From NCBI GenBank assembly GCA_038064835.1, contig JBBTSD010000001.1, forward strand, positions 100,406 to 164,405: a stretch of DNA of 64,000 nt, written 5' to 3'. This document shows positions 9,310 to 18,984 of this stretch, piece after piece. The stretch is from Patescibacteria group bacterium (lineage in GTDB: Bacteria > Patescibacteriota > Minisyncoccia > Phycocordibacterales > UBA2100). Under the pieces are notes generated by a model. It saw nothing but the letters and a program-made list of their open reading frames with translations. It was not told where the DNA came from and made no database searches. Position numbers and translations under genes: made by a program. Within the stretch, counting starts at the first letter, position 1. Every line of letters starts with the position of its first letter.

Positions 9310-10770
9310 ATGAGCATGCGGTTTTTCCAAAGAATCCTTCTAAAAAAAGGTTGGCGTACTGATTGGATCTGGACGATGCGAATACTGTACCGACAGCCTT
9401 TTAGGCGGATACCATTTTATTTCGATACAAAAGCCCTTCTAAAAAGTCAGTATTGGCCTCGCGATGTATTGGAAACAATGACCTGGGCGCGTCTACAGAG
9501 TATGGTCTTGGCTACAGAACGGATTCCATTTTGGCGTACTGTGTTCACGCGAGTCGGCCTTGACCCACAGGATTTTTCCAAAAATGACTTTATAAAACTT
9601 CCGACGATGTCTCGGACAGATTTTAACGAGCAACCAATTGAACAAATCGCGAACATGACGCATATTAAAAAAAGTTCTGCAGACCGGACATCGGGTTCAA
9701 CAGGAAGACCGTTTCGTTTCTACTTTGACCGGGGTGCTTCCCTACGCTCCTTTGCAGTAACTGAGCGCATGTTGCAGACAGTTCTTGCAGGCACTCGGGT
9801 GCCGGTCATATCATTGCGCAGTAGGCCCAAGCTCGGGTTTTCTTTTTGGCGTCATTTTCTTTTTTTTGTAAGGAGTGGTACCGGTATTAAATATCGCATG
9901 AAAGAGTTTGAAAGATTTACAAAAAGACTTGGCGAGTCCTTCCTGCTCTATAGTTTCCCTTCATTTCTCATAGAATTTGCTGAGCAGGTTGAAAAGCTTT
10001 CCTTAAAATTCCCCATCAAAGTAGTGGTGGCAAGTGGCGAAAGTATACGCCCACAAGACAAGGAACGAGTTGAGTCAATTCTAGGTGCGCGCGTATGGAA
10101 TTGCTACTCTACTAGAGAGCTTGGTTTGGTTGCGTATGAATGCGAAGGAGGGAATATGCACAGTAACGAAGAATGGCTGTATTGTGAAATTCTCGACGAT
10201 CAAGGGAAAGAAGTACCGTTTGGGGAGATTGGGCGCATAATCGCGACAACACTAGACAATCGAGTCATGCCTCTGATTCGATACGATACGGGTGATCGCG
10301 GAACAATTTCGGATAAAGCTTGTCCCTGTGGACGCACGCTTCGCACCATCTCCTTCACAGGAAGAAGTGTAGAGTACATAAAATTGGATGGCGAGCGAGC
10401 GGTGCCTCTGCTCGAGGTTGCACCTTTGTTCGATGTGTTTTGGCGAGAGGTGAAACAGTATCAAATCATCCAGAAAACCAGGTCTTCATTTGTGGTGAAG
10501 GTTGTTCCGGGGTCGTCATTCGAATCAGTACAGGGTACTATTCAGGACAATTTCGTGCGAGCGTTGCATCCAAAAGTCACGATTGAATGGGAAGTTGTTG
10601 CGGAAATCCCTCCTGCACCAAGTGGCAAGGCACTGTATTTTATTGTGGCTAGTGAGGAGCAAAATGATAGGAAGCGAAGCGGACTTTCATTTTCTCCGAG
10701 CGACGACACAACGAAGGTCCATATCTCGCAGCCTCTGCAACAAGGACCTTCGTTTCCGATGTCTTCATAG
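9310..10770 (+). CDS. Adenylate-forming enzyme, phenylacetate-CoA ligase / CapK / F390-synthetase-like (paralog 1)
   Basis: SADRTSGSTGRPF (AMP-binding P-loop-like motif), YDTGDRG and a PaaK-like C-terminal region. Confidence 0.6.
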   Translation: MSMRFFQRILLKKGWRTDWIWTMRILYRQPFRRIPFYFDTKALLKSQYWPRDVLETMTWARLQSMVLATERIPFWRTVFTRVGLDPQDFSKNDFIKLPTMSRTDFNEQPIEQIANMTHIKKSSADRTSGSTGRPFRFYFDRGASLRSFAVTERMLQTVLAGTRVPVISLRSRPKLGFSFWRHFLFFVRSGTGIKYRMKEFERFTKRLGESFLLYSFPSFLIEFAEQVEKLSLKFPIKVVVASGESIRPQDKERVESILGARVWNCYSTRELGLVAYECEGGNMHSNEEWLYCEILDDQGKEVPFGEIGRIIATTLDNRVMPLIRYDTGDRGTISDKACPCGRTLRTISFTGRSVEYIKLDGERAVPLLEVAPLFDVFWREVKQYQIIQKTRSSFVVKVVPGSSFESVQGTIQDNFVRALHPKVTIEWEVVAEIPPAPSGKALYFIVASEEQNDRKRSGLSFSPSDDTTKVHISQPLQQGPSFPMSS

Positions 10771-10772
10771 AT

Positions 10773-12083
10773 ATGGGATTTCCTGTGATGCGATATGTGA
10801 GCGAGTGTGTTGCCTTCATGCGATTTCATATCCTACATCGTCGTTCACGCAAGGTGATTGAGAAATGGCAGACAGACAGGCTACGACGGTTACTCGTTCA
10901 TGCAGAAAAAAATGTACCACTATATAAAGAATTGATGGCGACACAAAACATCCGGGCTACGGACATCAGCACGCTTGAAAACCTCTCCTTTTTGCCAGTT
11001 ATCAACAAGAAAACATTTATTGGAAGGCAGGTTGTTGAATACACTGATGGCAGTCGACACCTTTCTGGTCAATGGGTAACAACATCAGGATCGAGCGGTG
11101 TTCCTTTTACAGCACTTCGACGAACCGAAGTACAAACACTGTGGTATGGGTACTCCCTCAACTCTCGGTTCCTGACATGGGAAATGCCGTGGCGTCTGAA
11201 TGCTGACTGGGCACGAGTGGCGCATATTCGTGTGCGCCCACGGGAACGAAAGAATCATTTATGGATTCCACTAGGCGCATTTTTGAACAATCCAAGGTCT
11301 TTATTACAGCAGATTGTCGATTTCAAACCCGATGTGGTTGAAAGTTTCGCATCAGTACTATATGTGTTAGCTCGCGAGGTTGATCGTTATGGAATTGTCT
11401 GGAAGCCGCGCTATGTGGTTTCAGGCGGAGAGCAATTGTCGCCGGCAGGGCGTCTTTTTATTGAAAACACACTGGGGTGCGAAGTGTACAACCGTTATGG
11501 TCTTGAAGAATTAGGCACAGTGGGCGTTGAATGCATGCAACATGACGGACTCCACATAAACTCCGAGTCGTTGATTGTTGAGATTGTTGACGAGAGTGGC
11601 GCAAGTGTGCCCGAAACAAATCACGGAAGAGTTATCATAACCGACTTGTTCAATACCAGCATGCCTTTTGTGCGCTACGACACAGGTGATCGAGGGCATA
11701 TGTCCTGGGCGCGTTGCGCGTGCGGATTGCGTGCACCCCGGTTGTGGATTGAAGGTCGTTACTCGACTTTTCTACAATTAGGAGATCAAACTTTTCATCA
11801 TTTCTATTTCTCATACACCCTGAAGCCATTCAAGAATCAAATTCTTCAATACCAAGTAGTAAAGCGTGCTGAAAATGACCTGCTTATCCGCATTATCCCG
11901 GGGTCTGCTTTTGGGGACGAAACAACAGTGGCTATTCAAAAAGAAATTGCCAATCTGGTTAAAGAGACAGCTTCGGTTCGTGTCGAGTGTGTTGCAGAAA
12001 TAAAACGAATGCCCCGGGGGAAATCTCAGGTTATCGTTGACGAAACGGCTGGCACTCAAAAACCAGATATTCTCAAACAATAA
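10773..12083 (+). CDS. Adenylate-forming enzyme, PaaK/CapK-like (paralog 2)
   Basis: TTSGSSGVPF and YDTGDRG motifs. It starts 3 nt after paralog 1. Confidence 0.6.
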   Translation: MGFPVMRYVSECVAFMRFHILHRRSRKVIEKWQTDRLRRLLVHAEKNVPLYKELMATQNIRATDISTLENLSFLPVINKKTFIGRQVVEYTDGSRHLSGQWVTTSGSSGVPFTALRRTEVQTLWYGYSLNSRFLTWEMPWRLNADWARVAHIRVRPRERKNHLWIPLGAFLNNPRSLLQQIVDFKPDVVESFASVLYVLAREVDRYGIVWKPRYVVSGGEQLSPAGRLFIENTLGCEVYNRYGLEELGTVGVECMQHDGLHINSESLIVEIVDESGASVPETNHGRVIITDLFNTSMPFVRYDTGDRGHMSWARCACGLRAPRLWIEGRYSTFLQLGDQTFHHFYFSYTLKPFKNQILQYQVVKRAENDLLIRIIPGSAFGDETTVAIQKEIANLVKETASVRVECVAEIKRMPRGKSQVIVDETAGTQKPDILKQ

Positions 12084-12411
12084 GTGAGCTTCACCATTGA
12101 GAAGGTCTGACCTTCTCAATGCGGCTAGCGAGGAGCGAAGTGATAGGAAGCGAAGCGGACTTTCACTTCGTCCGAGCGAAGACGCACTACAGGGTAGAAT
12201 ACCCTTTATTTTGACAGAAAGAGTCTCGCCATACAAAAACTTGCAAAGTCGTCTTCTTTCTGTATACTGCCCCACACATCCCTTCCCAGAAGGAATGTCC
12301 AAGTCCCTCATATGCATGGAGTAGCGAGAGGGACCAATGGTCGACATGGGTAACCATGCGCGCCATTGGCGCGCTGTTTTTCTAAACAAACAAAACCAAA
12401 AGACAAACACT

Positions 12412-13020
12412 ATGAAATTCCTTATGGGTACAAAAGGGCGAATGACCCAAGTTTTTGACGAAACCGGCAAGGTCCATGCGGGTACTGCTGTCGTATGCGA
12501 GAGTATGACTGCCGTACAGCTCAAGACAAAAGAGAAAGATGGGTATGATGCAGTGCAATATGGTTTCGGTTCGGCGCGGGTAGACCTGCAAAACAAGGCG
12601 GCAGCTGGTCACCTCAAGGACCTGCCTGCTTTGCGTTTCTTGCGAGAAGCCCATGGTGCAACTGGTGTCGCCCGAGGTGATGTTGCCGGTGTTACACTCT
12701 TTACTCCCGGTGACATTATCGAGGTAAGCGCCCTTTCAAAGGCAAAAGGATTTCAGGGGGTGGTCAAGCGCTATCGCTTTGCCGGAGATCTTGCGACACA
12801 TGGTCGTAAGCACACCGAACGAGCACCAGGTTCAATCGGTGGTGGCGGACGAGCTGGTGGTCGCGTGATCAAAGGCAAACGAATGGCGGGGCGCATGGGA
12901 GGAGACCGTGTGACAGTGAAAAACCTGCGCATTCTTGCTGTCGATTCAAAAACCAACACCATCATCATCTCAGGAGCTGTTCCAGGTCATCCTGGAGCGC
13001 TTGTCGAGATCCGTGGCTAA
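12412..13020 (+). CDS. rplC: 50S ribosomal protein L3
   Basis: MKFLMGTKGRMTQVFDETG...GFQGVVKRYRFAG...GSIGGGG is a classic L3 sequence. Start taken at ATG 12412 within the longer listed ORF. Confidence 0.9.
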   Translation: MKFLMGTKGRMTQVFDETGKVHAGTAVVCESMTAVQLKTKEKDGYDAVQYGFGSARVDLQNKAAAGHLKDLPALRFLREAHGATGVARGDVAGVTLFTPGDIIEVSALSKAKGFQGVVKRYRFAGDLATHGRKHTERAPGSIGGGGRAGGRVIKGKRMAGRMGGDRVTVKNLRILAVDSKTNTIIISGAVPGHPGALVEIRG

Positions 13021-13023
13021 TCA

Positions 13024-13770
13024 ATGAGTATGGAAAAAACAGCTACAAAAAAGAAGAAAGCAACTCGTGTTCGCAAGACCGCTCCCGCACCACAAGGAGA
13101 CTTTGCGCGTGACATTTATTCTGCAACAGGGAAGAAGCAGGGTTCGTACACATTGCCTACCGAAGTATTTGGACTCCCTTGGAATGAATCGCTGGTGTAC
13201 CAGGTGACACAAGCAGCACAAGCAAATGCGCGTACTCCCGTTGCTCATACCAAGACACGCGGCGAAGTGCGCGGTGGTGGCAAGAAGCCGTGGAAGCAAA
13301 AAGGTACAGGGCGTGCTCGTCACGGCTCGACTCGATCACCTATTTGGGTGGGTGGTGGAGTTGCTCATGGGCCGCGCAACGATAAGGACTATTCGCAGAA
13401 GGTCAATAAAAAGATGCGTGCAAAAGCCCTCAATGTCGTGCTTTCACGCAAGGCAAAAGACGGTGCCATTCTCTTGGTGGACGATCTGGGTATCACACAG
13501 CCAAAGACCAAGGATGCGCACAAGGTCATGGCTGCTCTTTCAAAGATCGAAGGGTTCACCACGATGCTTTCCAAAAAGAAGAACAGCTCCTTGGTGGTAC
13601 TTCCCGAGAAAAATTCGCCGATCTCAAAGAGTTTTGCGAACTTTGGAAACATATTCACGCTCGAAGCTCGTGAGCTCAATGCCACACTCGCGCTTACCTA
13701 TGCACACATTGTGTTCATCAATCCCGAGCAATCAATCCCGGTTATTACCCAACGAACTGCGCGCACATAA
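13024..13770 (+). CDS. rplD: 50S ribosomal protein L4
   Basis: Gene order and L4-like sequence (KPWKQKGTGRARHGS). Confidence 0.9.
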   Translation: MSMEKTATKKKKATRVRKTAPAPQGDFARDIYSATGKKQGSYTLPTEVFGLPWNESLVYQVTQAAQANARTPVAHTKTRGEVRGGGKKPWKQKGTGRARHGSTRSPIWVGGGVAHGPRNDKDYSQKVNKKMRAKALNVVLSRKAKDGAILLVDDLGITQPKTKDAHKVMAALSKIEGFTTMLSKKKNSSLVVLPEKNSPISKSFANFGNIFTLEARELNATLALTYAHIVFINPEQSIPVITQRTART

Positions 13771-13775
13771 CTTAT

Positions 13776-14135
13776 ATGGCTCTCTTTAAGACAAAGAAAA
13801 CTGCAGTGGGGAAGACTGAAGCTAAGCCCGTGTCTGCAGGTGCATCTGGCCCGGTTGATCTGTCGTGGGTATTGAAAGCGCCGCGCATCACAGAACGAGC
13901 AACTGATGTGATGCGTGTGCGTGCGTATGTGTTCAATGTTTCTCGTAAGGCAAACAAGCGACAGATTGCACAAGCAGTGCAACTTGTCTACAAAGTAACT
14001 CCTGTCAAAGTACGCACCGTACCGCTTCGTTCCAAAGTCCGTAAGAATGCGCGTACAGGCATTGTGGGACACACTGCCGTGGGCAAGAAAGCTTATGTCT
14101 ACCTGAAAGAAGGAGATACTATCACGCTCGCCTAG
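13776..14135 (+). CDS. rplW: 50S ribosomal protein L23
   Basis: Position between L4 and L2. L23-like 119 aa. Confidence 0.85.
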   Translation: MALFKTKKTAVGKTEAKPVSAGASGPVDLSWVLKAPRITERATDVMRVRAYVFNVSRKANKRQIAQAVQLVYKVTPVKVRTVPLRSKVRKNARTGIVGHTAVGKKAYVYLKEGDTITLA

Positions 14136-14150
14136 TTCTCATTTACGAAT

Positions 14151-14999
14151 ATGAAACATTTCAAACCATATACACAGAGTCGTCGAAACATGACACGCGT
14201 ATCATACGAGAAAGTTGTGACTACCGACACACCAACAAAAGCGCTTACTCACGGTTTTCGTCGCGGAAGCGGACGCAATAACCAAGGGCGTATCACCACG
14301 CGTCACAAGGGAGGTGGTGTGAAGCGTCGTCTGCGCGATGTGGATTTTCATTTCAACAAGCGCGGTATTCCCGCAAAGATTGTGTCGGTGGAATATGATC
14401 CAAATCGTTCTGCATACATTGGACTCATTGCGTATCTTGATGGCGAGCGTCGTTATATTGTGTTGCCACAAGGAGTGACTGCAGGTACGCACATTTTAAT
14501 TGCCGAAGATGCTCCTGCATCACCAGGTAATCGCCTCATGCTTAAAAATGTTCCTATCGGCACACTGATTTACAATGTTGAACTCAAACCCAACGGTGGT
14601 GCCAAGATTGCTCGCTCTGCAGGAAATTTTGTAGAACTCATTGCCCAAGATGCAGGGTGGTCACATCTCAAAATGCCGTCAAGCGAAGTGCGCAAAGTGC
14701 TCGACACCTGCTGGGCTTCGATTGGCGCCGCATCAAACGATGAACACAATTTGGTTAATCTTGGAAAGGCAGGGCGTTCGCGAAAAATGGGTATCCGCCC
14801 AACCGTGCGTGGCACCGCAATGAACCCGGTTGATCACCCTCATGGTGGTGGAGAAGGCCGTTCAGGTCGTGGTCATCGTCGCGCGCGTTCACTGTGGGGT
14901 CGCCCAACAGGCAAGGGACAAAAGAGCCGTCGTCCAAAGAAATACTCAAATACCTTCGTACTCTCTCGCCGCCGTGTGGGCAAGAAGCGAACTCCGTAA
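14151..14999 (+). CDS. rplB: 50S ribosomal protein L2
   Basis: L2 hallmark motifs (GRNNQGRITTRHKGGG, PNGGAKIARSAGN, HPHGGGEG). Confidence 0.95.
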   Translation: MKHFKPYTQSRRNMTRVSYEKVVTTDTPTKALTHGFRRGSGRNNQGRITTRHKGGGVKRRLRDVDFHFNKRGIPAKIVSVEYDPNRSAYIGLIAYLDGERRYIVLPQGVTAGTHILIAEDAPASPGNRLMLKNVPIGTLIYNVELKPNGGAKIARSAGNFVELIAQDAGWSHLKMPSSEVRKVLDTCWASIGAASNDEHNLVNLGKAGRSRKMGIRPTVRGTAMNPVDHPHGGGEGRSGRGHRRARSLWGRPTGKGQKSRRPKKYSNTFVLSRRRVGKKRTP

Positions 15000-15115
15000 G
15001 CGCGGTGACCACCTCGGTCTAGGTCGACTTGACTTTTGGTCCAAATGTGATATCATGCCGTCCAGGCGTGTTTTTGCCTGCAAAACTAGACGATAGACGA
15101 AAAAAGGGATGGAGC

Positions 15116-16126
15116 ATGACGCGAATCCTCGTATTGGCAGTGCTTGCACTGCTTTTTGCCACCCCCGCCATGGCCGCTGACACGGTGACATTGACCTGTG
15201 AAAGGGTCCTGGGCTGGTTCTCGTGGATGGGCTTCCTCAAGACTCTCGGCGTCACGGCGCTCACGGTCGGCATCGGCGGCCTCTTCTGGCACTGGCTCGT
15301 TCCAATCGTTACTGCGCTCTGGAAGGTGCTCGAGAAGGTCATCGATATCGCGGCACTCCTCGCGAGCGCCGCACTGATTGCGAGTGGCCACATCACTCCC
15401 GATGCCTACAAGCTCTGGCCGGTCTTGGGCGGGTCTATCGCATTCGGCGCGAGCACCCTGCTCTTCATCGTCCTGCGTAATATCAAGGGCACCAATCCTG
15501 CAGGCCTCTACGCTTTCCTGGCACTCGTCTGGGGTGGCGTCGCGGTGTTCTACGGCATGAGCGAAGTCGGCTTTCTGACGATGGCGGCTGTCATGGGCGT
15601 CCTCGGCTATACCGTCGTCGTCTCGCCGTTCTGCTACGGCTTCGGCTTCAAAGATGACGACCAGATTGCGACTGGAAGCTCGGCTGCGCTCCTGATCCTC
15701 TCAGCTTACACGGTGCAACATATCTTCTTCCCTGGCGCTCCTGCTTGGGTAAAGGTCTTTGCACCAGGCGCGTTCTGGCTTGGGTCGCTGGTGTCGTTCA
15801 CCGGCATTCTAATCATGTCGAATGTCTGGTACGGACGGGGAGCGGAGCGCTCGAACTACGGCCTCATGCAAGCGGTTGCCCTCGTCATCTATCTGGGCGG
15901 CGTCTTCGCCGGCATGACCTTCGGCATCAATCCGCTCGCGGGCATGGCCGGCTTCTTCTTCGTCTTCTGGGTCGCGGCCAAGTTCATCGAGATCCCGACG
16001 GAGAAGTGGACCGGCTTCTACCTCAAGCTGACTCTGATGGGGGCGTTCCTCTCTGGCGTGTGGTGGATTGGCCACCAGAACGAAGCCCACATCATCAAAT
16101 ACCTCACGACGACGCTCCCGATATGA
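15116..16126 (+). CDS. GC-rich polytopic membrane protein of unknown function, inserted inside the ribosomal-protein operon
   Basis: Start at ATG 15116 after GGATGGAG (listed ORF 15029..16126). Signal peptide MTRILVLAVLALLFATPAMAA, then at least 8 hydrophobic helices. GC is visibly higher (about 60%) than the flanking roughly 50% GC ribosomal genes. Confidence 0.5.
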   Translation: MTRILVLAVLALLFATPAMAADTVTLTCERVLGWFSWMGFLKTLGVTALTVGIGGLFWHWLVPIVTALWKVLEKVIDIAALLASAALIASGHITPDAYKLWPVLGGSIAFGASTLLFIVLRNIKGTNPAGLYAFLALVWGGVAVFYGMSEVGFLTMAAVMGVLGYTVVVSPFCYGFGFKDDDQIATGSSAALLILSAYTVQHIFFPGAPAWVKVFAPGAFWLGSLVSFTGILIMSNVWYGRGAERSNYGLMQAVALVIYLGGVFAGMTFGINPLAGMAGFFFVFWVAAKFIEIPTEKWTGFYLKLTLMGAFLSGVWWIGHQNEAHIIKYLTTTLPI

Positions 16127-16149
16127 GCGTGCACTGAGGTAGAACAAGG

Positions 16150-16172
16150 GCCCCGGGATCATTCCCGGGGCC
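16150..16172. terminator. GC-rich hairpin between convergent genes
   Basis: ccccgggatcattcccgggg, perfect 8-bp stem. Confidence 0.45.
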
Positions 16173-16180
16173 TTCTCATG

Positions 16181-16558
16181 TTAGGTACTCATCTTTGTTT
16201 TCGGTTTCGTTGGGTAGATGAGCCATGCATCCTCTCCGGTCTCCAAGTAGATACACTGTTCACCGAGGATAAACGCTACCTGGGCAAGGAATTTTTCCAA
16301 AACCGGTATTTTTTCCTTCCCGTTGAATGCCACGCTGTACAGGCGGTGTTCCCCGTAGAACATCTCTTGGTCGGCACCTGTCCAATAGCCAAAAATGTTG
16401 CCGGCGGTTACCGTAAATCCGCCGAATTGAGCGATCAAAAAATGCTGGATCGCATCCTCTGCGGTTTGCCGTTTTGTTTCATCCCACCAACTTTTGAGTT
16501 TGAGGGAAGGGAGCAGGAAGACAGCCGGTCTTCCCAGACTCACGCGCTCATATTTCAT
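16181..16558 (-). CDS. Hypothetical 125-aa protein (downstream member of a two-gene antisense pair inside the r-protein cluster)
   Basis: The ORF overlaps the upstream gene by 11 nt. No recognisable motif. Confidence 0.4.
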   Translation of the reverse strand: MKYERVSLGRPAVFLLPSLKLKSWWDETKRQTAEDAIQHFLIAQFGGFTVTAGNIFGYWTGADQEMFYGEHRLYSVAFNGKEKIPVLEKFLAQVAFILGEQCIYLETGEDAWLIYPTKPKTKMST

Positions 16559-17009
16559 TGGCGGCCCTCGTTTTTGTCATGAGTTCCAGAAGGACCTTTG
16601 CTTCCACATCAAACAAGTGGAGACGCTCCTCACAGTACCGGCGCACATCCTCTATGTACAAGCCGTTCCAGGGCGAACCTATGCTAGATATGTCCACAAC
16701 GAGCGGACCACCCAGGCTTGCGACTGGGTACATATCGAGCGCAAGTGCCGGATGATCTGGTGTGTGCATGCGATAGAGCCATGAATGCTCTTGGCCAATG
16801 CGGCCGAAGTAACCGGTTGCCACGCGCCATTCTGAAAATGTCTCCGGCCACCTTTGTTTCATGTAGCGTACAATACCGTGACATGACCAGAGGCCTTCCG
16901 GTTGTATGCCTAGTGGCGCCGGTGGAAGTCTGCCCAATTGCAAGCGCACACTGGCTACCATCTCGCGGAGTCCTTTCGGTGCCCCATAGAATTCAAGGGC
17001 TGTTTTCAT
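16548..17009 (-). CDS. Hypothetical 153-aa protein (upstream member of the antisense pair)
   Basis: Start at ATG 17009, preceded by AGGAGG 8 nt upstream (listed ORF extends to 17048). No recognisable motif. Confidence 0.4.
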   Translation of the reverse strand: MKTALEFYGAPKGLREMVASVRLQLGRLPPAPLGIQPEGLWSCHGIVRYMKQRWPETFSEWRVATGYFGRIGQEHSWLYRMHTPDHPALALDMYPVASLGGPLVVDISSIGSPWNGLYIEDVRRYCEERLHLFDVEAKVLLELMTKTRAANEI

Positions 17010-17108
17010 GGTGTTCCTCCTGCTGTACTCACGCGATAGTAGGCGCATTGTTTGACAATTGCAAGGATTACGCCTATTATTCCGTTCACGCCGTCTGGCG
17101 CTGTTTTT

Positions 17109-17447
17109 ATGGCAAGATCAGTAAAAAAGGGTCCCTTTGTGGACGCAAAACTCGCAAAGAAAGTAGCGGCGCGTAAGCCCGGTGCTGGCTCTATAAAGAC
17201 CTGGGCACGACGCAGCCAGATTCCACCCGAGTTTGTCGGCTATACTTTTGGCGTACATAATGGCAAATTGCATGTCGATGTGCTCGTCACCGAAGAAATG
17301 GTAGGTCATCGTCTTGGCGAATTTTCTCCGACCACTCGGTTCGGTCGTCATGGAGGCAAGATGCAAAAGGAGATCGAAACACAAAAGAAAGAGGCTGAAA
17401 TCGCTGCAGCAAAGTCCGCTAAGGCCGCCACCACCGAGAAGAAGTAA
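17109..17447 (+). CDS. rpsS: 30S ribosomal protein S19
   Basis: [15 protein letters not shown]...[17 protein letters not shown]. Start at ATG 17109. Confidence 0.9.
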   Translation: MARSVKKGPFVDAKLAKKVAARKPGAGSIKTWARRSQIPPEFVGYTFGVHNGKLHVDVLVTEEMVGHRLGEFSPTTRFGRHGGKMQKEIETQKKEAEIAAAKSAKAATTEKK

Positions 17448-17452
17448 TTTCT

Positions 17453-17866
17453 ATGAAAGCGACACTTTCCAATTTCCAGCAATCGCCTCGCAAGGTCCGT
17501 CTTGTGGCAGATTTGGTGCGCGGAAAGGAGCTCCCTCGTGCACGCACATTGCTCGCTTTTGCCGAGAAGAAGTCTGCTGAGGCACTTCTGAAGCTCCTCG
17601 ATTCTGCAGTTTCAAACGCACGCACAGGCGGTGTTTCTGCCGAAGGCCTTTTTGTGAAAGACATCTGCGTGAACCAAGGGATTTCCATGAAGCGCTTTAT
17701 GCCGATGGCTCGTGGCCGCGCCAATCCATATCGCCACCGTCGTAGCACCGTCGTTCTGACACTGGGCACGAAGGCTGTTTCCAAAGACAAGAGTCAAGAA
17801 AAGCCAGTACAAATAGTTGCCCCAAAAAAAGCCAAAAAGACTAGTGCTAAGCGCGCCACAAAATAG
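17453..17866 (+). CDS. rplV: 50S ribosomal protein L22
   Basis: L22-like sequence and position. Confidence 0.9.
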   Translation: MKATLSNFQQSPRKVRLVADLVRGKELPRARTLLAFAEKKSAEALLKLLDSAVSNARTGGVSAEGLFVKDICVNQGISMKRFMPMARGRANPYRHRRSTVVLTLGTKAVSKDKSQEKPVQIVAPKKAKKTSAKRATK

Positions 17867-17877
17867 GTAATAATAAT

Positions 17878-18552
17878 ATGACACATACTGTACATCCATT
17901 TGCACATCGCCTCGGCATTCTGCGCGACTGGAAGTCTCGTTGGTTTGCAAAGACACCTGCCCAATACCGCGCATATCTAAAAATCGACACGCTGATTCGT
18001 GAGTACCTCAAGAAGCGCTTGCGCGGCGGATATGTCACACTCGTGCAAATCGAACGGGGCGAGAAGCAGGTACGCATCAAGATAAAAACATCTCGTCCAG
18101 GTATCATCATCGGCCGTGGTGGCGAAGGTAGCACCAAGCTCGTCAAGGATATCGAGAAGTCCTTGCGTCATTCAGGTATCAAGGCGATTCCCGCAATCAA
18201 GCTCGATATTGAAGAGGTCCGCTCGCCAGAGGCGCAGGCCCCGGTGGTGGCATACATGGTTATCGAAGGTCTTGAAAAGCGCATGCCATTCCGGCGCGTC
18301 CTCAAGCAAACTGTCGAAAAAGTCATGGCCAATCGCGATGTGCAGGGTGTGCGTATCGGTATCTCTGGCCGCTTGGGTGGTGCAGAAATGTCACGCACCG
18401 AAGAGATCAAACGAGGTCGGGTGCCACTCCAGACACTGCGTGCGGATGTTGATTTCGCACGAGACGAAGCCTATCTCCCGTACGGCGTCATCGGCATCAA
18501 GGTGTGGATTTACCGTGGCGATATTTTTGAAGACGACATTGCCAAGAAGTAA
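17878..18552 (+). CDS. rpsC: 30S ribosomal protein S3
   Basis: KH-domain GIIIGRGGEG motif. S3 position. Confidence 0.9.
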   Translation: MTHTVHPFAHRLGILRDWKSRWFAKTPAQYRAYLKIDTLIREYLKKRLRGGYVTLVQIERGEKQVRIKIKTSRPGIIIGRGGEGSTKLVKDIEKSLRHSGIKAIPAIKLDIEEVRSPEAQAPVVAYMVIEGLEKRMPFRRVLKQTVEKVMANRDVQGVRIGISGRLGGAEMSRTEEIKRGRVPLQTLRADVDFARDEAYLPYGVIGIKVWIYRGDIFEDDIAKK

Positions 18553-18560
18553 TAATTAGT

Positions 18561-18980
18561 ATGCTTTTCCCTAAACGACCAAAATATAGAAAGTGGCAGA
18601 ATGATCGCAAGCACCCGACCAAGCTTCTTGCGCTCGATACGCGTGGTATCACTGTTGCGTTCGGCTCGTTTGGCCTGAAAGCTGCTAGTGGTGGCCGTAT
18701 TACCGCAAACCAAATCGAATCTGCGCGCAAGGTAGTCAGTCGTTCGCTCGGTAAGAACGGCAAGATGTGGACACGGATTTTCCCTGATCGACCGCGTACT
18801 ATCAAAGCCGCCGAAACTCCCATGGGCTCAGGAAAGGGTGAGCTCAAGGACTATGTGTTCGAGGTGCGTCCCGGCCGTGTATTGTTCGAGATTGACGGTA
18901 TCACCGAGCCAGTTGCTCGCGAGGCTCTCGTCAAGGCAGGCAAGAAGCTACCAGTTAAGGTGCGTGTGGTTGCACGATAA
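18561..18980 (+). CDS. rplP: 50S ribosomal protein L16
   Basis: MLFPKRPKYRKWQ... L16 N-terminus. Confidence 0.9.
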   Translation: MLFPKRPKYRKWQNDRKHPTKLLALDTRGITVAFGSFGLKAASGGRITANQIESARKVVSRSLGKNGKMWTRIFPDRPRTIKAAETPMGSGKGELKDYVFEVRPGRVLFEIDGITEPVAREALVKAGKKLPVKVRVVAR

Positions 18981-18984
18981 TTGT

